Positions 56,341-64,000 of a stretch of DNA of 64,000 bases are shown piece by piece. Source of the DNA: Azolla caroliniana (Eukaryota > Plantae > Polypodiophyta); NCBI GenBank assembly GCA_043228905.1, contig JBHGNT010000009.1, positions 13,578,001-13,642,000 on the forward strand, read 5' to 3'. Numbering within the stretch: position 1 is the first letter of the stretch; every line of letters begins with the position of its first letter. The position numbers and the translations under genes were made by a program. A model generated the notes under the pieces. It worked only from the letters and a program-made list of their open reading frames with translations, did no database searches and was not told the DNA's origin.

Positions 56341-59239
56341 ATGGCACTGTCGGAGGAGGCACGCCAATGGATGAGGGAGAACAGGTTAGAAGGATTGTTG
56401 CGGATCGTCGACGCTCCACCACACGCAGAACCAGAGCAGGCGGCAGCATCGATTGATTTATCAGAAATCACGGAAGGAGCGGTGCAGGCGCTCACGGGGA
56501 TAAAAGCAGGAGGACTTCAAACGATCGAAAACCCTTCAAGTGAAATCCTGTTCGAATATTTCGGTGAGTATTCCATCAGCAACAAGGCGTACCGAACACA
56601 GGGCGGAGAGAACCTGCTGTAAGGAGAAGTGGCCCGCGCCATGATGGAATACGGATTCGTGAATTCTCGTCCCCCGGCCATAGCCAGGTACCGGGCAACG
56701 TTCTTAATTCCAACGTACGAAGGATTACAAGTGGACTGGCTCCATTTCATAACCGAAGGATTGAAGGAGGCCATCAAGAACCTTGTGGAAGGAAAAAAGC
56801 CATGGGCCGGGATAGCACAATGGCTAACGGTGTTAGTCCCACCGGTGCTCCCCATCAAACAAAAGAAAAGAGCTCGGCAGGAGACGACGCCGAAAAAGGT
56901 CACAAAGCGCCGACAACACACCCCCGGATGGACCCAGGAAGAAGCAGAACAGCGGGAGGAAGGACCATCCCGACAGCAACAGGAACCGGCAACAAAGGCA
57001 AAACCGGTAGGAAAAGGCAAAGGAAAATCGGCCGAGGAGGAACCGATAGCGCTCAAACCAATCAATATAACGCTGCGACGGCCGAAACCGGAACCAAATG
57101 TCTTTATACAAAAGGTCCGTCGGGTAGCCGCACCGGAGGAGGAAGCTGAAACAGAAGACTCATCCGAACCACTGGTAAGACCCCCAGCAAAACAGGGTCG
57201 GGAGAGACAGGCGAGAGGACCGGCTCCACCAGTTGACAAAACTCAGCAGAGGGTGCAAGGACCACCTCCAGTAGCCGAGGCGGAAGCAGTACCGGAACCC
57301 GTACCGAGGGAAGCAGCACCGACACCGGTTTTGCCGGACTTCAGAGAACCGGTCATCCCAGAGAAGAGGAATGAACAAGCGCCGGAGCCAGAGAAGAGGC
57401 CGGAAAAACAGCCTGAGTTAAGGAGTAGAAGTGAGCAAGGCTACCCCGACATAGGAAGCACAAAGCCACAATGGCTGAGATGGCTTTCGGAGCAGTTATC
57501 GGGAGTAGCGGACCAGTTAGAGGAAGAAGAAACGTGTAGGCAACATTTGACGCATACAACAACCCAGGAGTTGGTTTGCGCTTCGAACACAGATCGAGGA
57601 ATTGCAAGGGGAGCTGTTGCAGGCAAGGGAAGGAATTCAACAAGCACAAGTTGTCACCGAGCCGGTCGGGACAACAAGGAAGCAACCGGAACCGGTAGCC
57701 TTGCAAACCGGCCCTAAGACCGAAAAAATAATAGAAACCTTACGAGAGGAGTTAAAAGCTCAGGAGGCATTAAGGGAAAAAGAAAGGGAGCAGCGGAAAG
57801 CGGTGGAGGACGACAGACGGAAAATGGAAGAAGGCCTCCGGAAAGGCCGAGCCACTAATGACCGACTGCAAGAAGAAAAAGAGAAGCTGCAAAAGGAGAA
57901 GGACCGACTGCGTCGACATGCCGAGCAGGAGATAGAACGACTGCAGGAAGAACTCCGACAACAGAAGGACCGGGACGACCGGTTAAGAGCTCAGGTAAGC
58001 CGACACCTGAAGCAGAAGACGGAGGACTTCGACCGTCTCTACCGAGATCACAAGCAGGCTGAGTCGGACAACAAGAAACGGGCAGCAGACTACGACCGGC
58101 AAATGGAGAAGCTGAAAGAACAGCTCAAAGAGACCCGATTAGACCTGGCTAAGACAATGGACGAGGTCAGTGCCAAAAAGGAAGCATTGTCGGCGGAAAT
58201 AACCCAAGCGACGGAGAGAAGGAAGGAATTAGAGGCGCTAAGGCGGGAAAAGCTGGATCTGACCAAGATCAGGAATGAAGAAAAGGAAAGATCGACCTTC
58301 ACGATCAACAAACTGCAAAGTACCTATGAAAAGCAGAAAGCGGATTACGAGGCCCAGGCTCAGATAATGGCCGACATTATAAAACGGGCAAGGAAGGAAA
58401 AGCAAGAAGCTTATGCGCATGCTAAGGCGGGGGTTGACCGGATCAAGCTCATCATGTCAGGTTGGAGTACCCAAGCTCAGGCAAGCATCAACGAAAGTAC
58501 GGAAAAGCTATGGAAGGAGTGGTCACAACAGGCAGCCGAGCTGCAGACACTCCGAGCTGATGCCGAGAATCGGAGGAAGACCGGTGACAAGTTCTACAAG
58601 ATGGATGAAGAAAGTATCGTCGCCATTCGGGAAGAATTGTCGGAGGATTTCTACGCTTTAGCGGAAGAACATCTCAAAGAAATCCGAGGGTTGGTAGAGA
58701 GGTTGGATGACGGGCAGCTCGCAACTCAGTTGGAGTTGGAGAAATACGAGCAGGACCGGTTACGACAGGAAGCCAAGGGAAGAACGACGCCAATCACTAT
58801 AAGTGAGGGAGAGAGACCGGCTGAAGTTGAACCAACTGACACCGAACAACCCCGACAAGGAATACCCGAAGAAGAACTTCCGTTCAAAGGAAATCAAGAA
58901 GAGCAGGAGCAGACCGATGCCGGAGAAGAAGAAGAGCTGAGACCGGAAGACACTAGAGCAGAGCAAGAAGGCGCACCGAGCCGACCAGTCGAGACCGGAG
59001 AAAGCGACACTGGTAACAGAACAGAGCCTGGAATGGAGGGAGAACAGGAAGAACCTGGACGGAGTGGTGAGGAAGCACCGGCACCACAGAATCAAGCAGA
59101 GCCGGAGCAGCAAATTTTTACGGAACAGCCAACCCAACCGGAGGTCGGAGACCAGGCAGGCAAGGAACAGGAATTGGAGGAAGAAGCACCACTTGACACC
59201 ATCGAGCAGAGTGTGCTCGATATTTTGGAGGAAGAATGA
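56341..59239 (+). pseudogene. Extra sense ORF 3' of pol (~960 codons: globular N-terminus, Pro/Glu linker, long coiled coil, acidic tail)
   Basis: ORFs 55951-56622, 56629-57717 and 57602-59239 join through one stop and one frameshift; TATATAA at 56198. Confidence 0.75.
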
Positions 59240-61014
59240 GGCCGGGAGTGGATTCGAAGTGCAAGGCACTTTCCCACGGGCGTGCCATGTGTTGACCGGT
59301 CAAAAGAGCAAGGACAAGTGGGAAGGCGGAGTCGGATCGGATAATAGGAAGTAAATAATAGTATAATTATTATTCGGAGGGACGGATCCGGTACAATTGT
59401 ACCGATCCGGATCCGGACCGATTCGGATGCCGGTTGCCTAAGCGCACCGATTGTAACCTTGCCGGATGCCTATAAAAGGATCCGATGATTTGTAAAGGTT
59501 GGACAAAAGTAATTATTGCGTGTTTATCTGTATCTTTGTATTGTTTTACTGTCTGTGCTTAATTGTAATCATCTTACGCGTGTAACCTAGCATCCAATCC
59601 TTACCACCCCTTTGGAGAAGTGTCGGATAGACACCTGTGTTGAGGCTAGTCCGGCCAGGCAGACAACACATCTCGTCGCCGGCAAGGTTTAGCTCACTCT
59701 CCTCGGTAATGAGCATCAACTCTTCTTCACTTGCTGCAATTGTCGTCGTTCCCTTGCGGTCCAGCCCCCTCCAATCTTTACCGTTCCAATCCGGTGTTTG
59801 CTTGGAATCGGTACCATCGGTTTCCTTGTCTTTTCGGAAATGCCGACAGTTTTTCTGGAAGTGTCCCGGCTTGCCGCAATAGAAGCAAGTAGGCCTTCCC
59901 CTTGACTTTGACCATGTCCCCGACTTTTCCCAATTCTGGGGACTATGGTTCCTTTGGCTTCCACGTTCCGATTCGGTAAGGAGCGCTTTGGAGTCGGAGC
60001 TCGTATCCTTATCTTTCCGACGTGCCCCCTCATCTTGCTAGGGATAACCTTTTCCCTTCCGGCCCCGGCATTGCCCAAAGTGACAACCAACGTCTCCCAG
60101 CTATCTAGGAGGGAACCGAGCAAGAGTAGTGCTAGTACCCCATCGGCGAGAAGTACTTCCAATGATGTTGCCTGGTGGATCAGCCCCTAGAAGGCATTCA
60201 TGTGCTCCGCCATGGTGGAGCCATCTTGGTACCGGAGTCTTACTAGCTTCCGGAATACCGAAACCTGATTAACAACATTTTTGTTAAGAAACATAATGCC
60301 GATCTTCTCCCAGAGCTCATGAGCCTTGCTCTGTTCATTGAAGTTGTTGTATAGACTCATGTCGATGAAGCACCGTATGTACGCCGTTGTCTTCATGTGC
60401 ATCACCTCCCATATCGTTGCATCGATTTTGTCCGGTCTCTTGTCCCCGAACTGAACCGGCAACCAAAGATCTTTAACCACGAGCATGTCCCTCATCTTTG
60501 ACTTCCACACTGAATAGTTGGAGCTAGGGAGCTTGAACATGCCACCCAACAAATCGTCCATTTTGCTGTGTCGTTTCGCTCTGATACCAGTTTGTCGCGG
60601 AATGCGCAGATTAATCTCCGGCCACAACCGAAGCGTAGATCACTTGTTGACAATCAAAACACAGATGAAATGGGAATGGAGGTAAGTCAACAAAACAGAA
60701 AGAGAATACACAAGATATTAACGTGGAAAACCCTGAGAGGGAAAAAACACGGGAGTCCACAGACTCCAAACTATCACTATATCAAGAGTACAACAATGGG
60801 GCACAGAGGCAACGACGTCTTGCTCCCTCGCTTCGCCACCGGGCGGTTACAACAGAGACACAATCTTTGTATATCGCTCTCTCACTCTCTGTTACGCACT
60901 GTACAGAGGTTACACAAAAAAAAAAACTCTATCATCATGTTTGCCCTAGGTCATATTTATACTAATATGACTTTCGGGCTATTTACAAATATAGCCCCAA
61001 TGGGCTCTCTGGAA

Positions 61015-64000
61015 AGGCACGGCAAAGCCTTTGTATTCTCGTCAGGGGAGATTGGGTGCGTTGACCCGACGATCGTAGAACCAATGGTGATATTCATGGT
61101 ACCACATGTACCATGGAATCTCAAACCGATTGCGGTATCGAGAGCTCACATCCCGAACTTGATGGAGCTGCTTAGGCAGAAGGTCGATATGGATATCCTC
61201 CAACTATCGAGTGCCCTATACTCGAATCGGTGGTTTACGGTGCCCAAGAAGAATGGCTCACCGCGCTTCATTCAGGACTTGCAGCCAATCAACAAGGTGA
61301 CCATTTGGAATGCCAGGTTGGTTCGATGATAGACAAGTTCGCAGAGGTCTTCACCAGAAGGTCGATCTACTCGGTTAGGGACCTATACTCGGGGTATGAA
61401 CAGTTCTAGTTAGCCGTAGAGAGTAGGGATATCGCGATGCTACGAACCCCTCTCGGCATGGTTCGGATGTGTACCTTGCCGCAAGGAGGGACCAATTCGG
61501 TGATGCACATGGTCAATGCGATGAACAAGGTGCTGAGAAACTATATCTCGGACATCACCATGCGGTTTTTGGATGACATCCCGATCAAGGGATGTCCGGA
61601 GGATGCGAAAGACGAGTCAATGGGGGTGGACGGATGCTAGAGATTTGTCGCGGACCACATCTCAAACTGTGAGAAGATACTGTAGAAGCTCGAGGGTATT
61701 CGGCTTACCTTTTCTAGGGAGTAGTCGGCTTCTGGACAATCAGAGATCCTAGTGGTCGGTCACCTGTGCAGACCATACAGTCGGAAACCATCTCCGACGA
61801 AGGTAGAGGTCATCTTGGCAATGAAGGAAGAGTGTCGGTCGGTCACAGATGTCCGACGGTTCCTAGGAGCTTTTTCCTATTACCACATTTGGATTCTGCA
61901 CTATGTGCACATCGCCAAGCCGTTCTATGGGTTGCTAATGAAAGGTCGAAAATACGAAAGGAGCGAAGAGCACACGGAGGTGGTCCGGAGACTACAGGAG
62001 ATGCGGACGGCGGGACAGGCTCTCCGGAAAGTGGTATACAAGGCAGAAACTCTGGTTTATGTAATGGTGGATACGAGTCTGATCAGAATCGGGTTGGTGG
62101 TTAATCAAGAGGGCGAGGATGGTACACGGTTCCCCATCCAGTTCAGTGCAAAGGTGCTAAGTGAGCGGTAACGAGGATACGCCCTAGTTAAACGTGAACT
62201 CTAGGGTATCGTTTCGGCGGTTAAGGCTGAAAAGGACTATTTGATCGGGGAAAAAATAATCATCGAGACAGACTGCCTGCCGATTCTTGGCATGGTTTCC
62301 GGATGCGTGACTCCGGACCTGGCGATGCTCAAGTGGATTGCGTACATAAAGTCCCTGAATCTAGAGATATGGCACATGTCCGGAAAAGAAAACGTCATGG
62401 CCGATATGCTTTCAAGAGCGTGGTTCGACAACAAGGACGACATGGTGTCCGAAGATGAAGAAGTCGGCGAGGATTTCTTCGAGTCGGCCAGACTAAGGGC
62501 AAGCAAACGGGGTACTCTGGCCTTGATCGAGTTTGACGAACCGACTACAATGAGGAGTGGCTCCAAATTGGTAAATTCCTAAGCACGTTGAGGCCAGATG
62601 CGGCATGGATGAAAGACGAAGTGAGCCGGATACAGAAGAAGGCTTACCAGTTCTTTGTACAGAATGACAAGATATGAAAGCACCCGAAGAGACGGACCGA
62701 CACACCACTCTGGGTGGTGGCACGGAAGGAGGAGCAATCGATACTCGTTCCAGAGTTCCACGAGAGCCCCTGGTCCGAACACCGGGTGCATGGGCCACGT
62801 TTGAGAAACAAAAGGAGTAGTATTGGTTGCCAGGGATGTATTGGGACATGCACGATTTCGTAATGACGTGTGAGAGTTGCCAAGTGCATTTCGGAGTCCG
62901 GCACTGAGACGAGTTACACTCGACTTACCTACTAGCCATTCAATTTAAATGGATGGTCGACCTGGTGACGATGCCGATAGGAGTAGGGCAAATGAGGTAC
63001 CTGGTGCTCACTAGAGAAGACCTGATGAACCAGGTAGAAGGCCGAGCATGGATGAACAAGATGATCGCAGTCGTATGCTAGTTCCTAATTGAGGATGTAA
63101 TTTTTCGATACGGGTGTGTGGGTAAGATCGTGGCCGACCGAGGGGAGCTAGATGCGCAGGAAGTCGAGGAGTTCTTTAACCTACTAGGGGTAAAGCTCTC
63201 TCTTGCTACAGCTTACAATCCGGAAGCCGATGAGAAAATAGAGCACGGGAATGGGCCGATTGTGAAAGCATTGGTGCGGTCATGGGACGGACGGGTCGGG
63301 AACTGGCCAAGACTACTTCCTTATGCGCTATGGGCCGACGGAACGACGCACAGTTCGGTAACCGGGTACATGCCGGTGGAATTGATGTTCGAACAAAAGC
63401 CGATCATCACGGTGGAGAGGATGGACTTTCGTCGTGGTTAGCGGTCGACTAGTCGGAGGAAATGAGCTGGGAAGAGTTGTTGGTGGCACGGATCCGGCAG
63501 CTTGAGCAAAAACCGTAGGACGTTGAATGAGCGACTGCGAGGATGCATGAAGCACGAATGAAGAACAACGTCTGGTTCGACCAGACACACCGACTTCGGC
63601 CGAAGAAGATTGAGGAAGGCAACTGGGTGCTGGTTTATGATAACAGCCTCGACAACCAGCACCGGTTGACTCAGAAGTTTGCAAGGTGGTGGTTTAGGTC
63701 TTACGTGGTGATGAGCGCCAACAACAACACCACATATCACCTTGCGGATCTGGACGGGATGAAGATAGAAGTGCCGGTTGCGGGGAAAAGGATAAAGGCT
63801 TTCAAGAAACGGCATGAAGCGGAACCAAACGTGGAGACCGAAGACGGGAGGCCAGCGACAGAGAGGAGCCGAATGAAGGCCGGACTGTTGACGGATCAGA
63901 GGAGGAGTAGAGGTTGGCCGGAATCCCCACTTCTTCGGTACTTGGCACATGTTGGAGGATGTGCGGTTTGGTGGGGGTGGATGTTGTGAGAAATTCCAAC
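61015..64000 (+). mobile_element. Degenerate Gypsy pol fragment (RT-RH-IN) with a probable 3' LTR start at 63982
   Basis: WFTVPKKNG..RFIQDLQPIN, TLPQGGTNSV, FLDDIPIKG, IETDCLP, VADRGE, AYNPEA; G-rich tract followed by TGTTGTGAG. Confidence 0.85.

Larger units (their letters stand above)
49185..59668 (+). mobile_element. Ty3/Gypsy H (non-chromovirus) with an extra 3' ORF
   Basis: LTRs 49185-49574 and 59290-59668; TSD CATCT at 49180-49184 and 59669-59673. Confidence 0.95.
40032..61014 (-). mobile_element. Copia F (Tork/Tnt1-like), degenerate; hosts G and H; 5' LTR truncated
   Basis: 3' LTR 40032-40713; 5' LTR 60593-61014 nearly identical but cut; PBS at 60578-60589. Gag/PR 59674-60561, IN/RT 47365-49184, RT/RH 40714-42030. 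Confidence 0.92.

Noticed and set aside
57602-59239. Host myosin/SMC-like gene or retroviral env
   Set aside because: It lies inside the LTR pair of Gypsy H; generic coiled coil with no motor, ATPase or transmembrane motifs.

Overview
The window is almost entirely nested transposable elements from a eukaryote, most likely a seedless land plant. This is inferred from the TTTAGGG telomeric repeats, Met-primed Copia elements and a Tcn1-like chromovirus. No ordinary host gene, RNA gene or CRISPR array is visible. LTRs and 5-bp target-site duplications (TSDs) resolve these layers: a degenerate chromovirus (1-4777); a non-autonomous Gag-PR Gypsy element (5456-9414, TSD ATATG) inside Copia A; Copia B and C fragments; Copia D (15381-36760, TSD CTACT), which hosts a ~10-kb DNA transposon and Copia E (29299-34688, TSD AGCGA); Copia F (40032-61014), which hosts an intact, young Copia G (42031-47359, TSD TACTA, 1357-aa ORF) and a 10.5-kb Gypsy H with an extra 3' ORF (49185-59668, TSD CATCT); several solo LTRs; and a terminal Gypsy pol fragment. 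The most notable item is the AT-rich DNA transposon at ~17750-27799, which carries two divergently transcribed, now pseudogenised genes. One is a ~928-codon Sola/DUF7869-like DDD transposase with a C-terminal BAH/Tudor-like region. The other is an intron-containing gene fusing a ParB/Srx-like domain to a bacterial-type beta-class amino (N6-adenine/N4-cytosine) DNA methyltransferase, with palindromes and motif repeats near its promoter. All family assignments come from motif recognition by eye; no searches were run.
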